Positions 63,520 through 64,000 of a stretch of 64,000 bases of DNA are shown here, piece by piece. The notes beneath the pieces were generated by a model. The model saw only the letters and a program-made list of their open reading frames with translations. It was not told where the DNA came from and did no database searches. A program made the position numbers and the translations under genes. The stretch lies in assembly GCA_036172245.1 (NCBI GenBank), contig JAYWIR010000001.1:3658001-3722000 (forward strand), given 5' to 3'. Origin of the DNA: Raillietiella orientalis (taxonomy: Eukaryota). How positions within the stretch are numbered: position 1 is the stretch's first letter; every line of letters starts with the position of its first letter.

Positions 63520-64000
63520 CTCTCCTTCGCTCCCTCGCTCCTACCCATCCTTATTGAACTCCTATAGGAAAGTAGGGAAAGGCGATGCTCCCCTCCCTTC
63601 CCGCAAAGCATGCAGCACGCTGGCTCTCCTGGTCTTTCCGAACGGAAGCATTTCTCTCTCCCGGTACTTCCTTCAGGGAAGTCGAGATCCCTCAACTCGT
63701 CTGTTACGTTGTCACTCGCTCTCTCGCACACATCCTGAGGCGAGGATCTGCAGCCACCTTCTTGGGATGGGAGGTGCTTCCCATTCATGACCCTCGTGCT
63801 TCCCAGCCGCGAAGGGTTTCTTGTCTTTTTTGAAGTTCCCGATGGAGTCGCGGATGACCTGCAGGAAGGACCAAGCATTGCTCCAGGTCTGGCTCGATTC
63901 CTTCTCCGGAGAAAATCTCGGTTTCCCTCCGGAACCGATCTCACTGCTGCAAGAAGGTCCGAAGCATCTCCCCTCTCCCTCCCTTTCATCCCACGCGCGA
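63520..64000 (-). mobile_element. Possible LINE ORF2 post-thumb remnant running off the window
   Basis: GSTRVMNGKHLPSQEGG resembles the RV...LP..EGG motif. Single motif only. Confidence 0.25.

Overview
Eukaryotic genomic DNA, probably from an invertebrate animal, with no prokaryotic features. The only well-supported host coding sequence is two consecutive phase-1 exons on the minus strand (55018-54719 and 51162-50875). They encode tandem Ig domains of a nephrin / Sticks-and-stones / Hibris-family adhesion protein; I could not find the flanking exons in the window. Most of the rest is old, frameshifted transposable-element debris: L1/Tx1-like LINE fragments, a probable restriction-like-endonuclease retrotransposon, hAT, Tigger/pogo and Tc1/maT remnants. 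Three items stand out: (1) a ~900-bp fold-back mariner made of two transposase 3' halves; (2) a dispersed ~0.7-0.8 kb repeat (at least 5 copies) with a tRNA-like head and a body rich in cUUCGg-type hairpins; (3) a LINE family whose AATAAA+hairpin 3' terminus also caps an ORF1-only copy. Most ORFs in the supplied track look spurious. TE family calls come from motifs recognised by eye, and TE boundaries are approximate.
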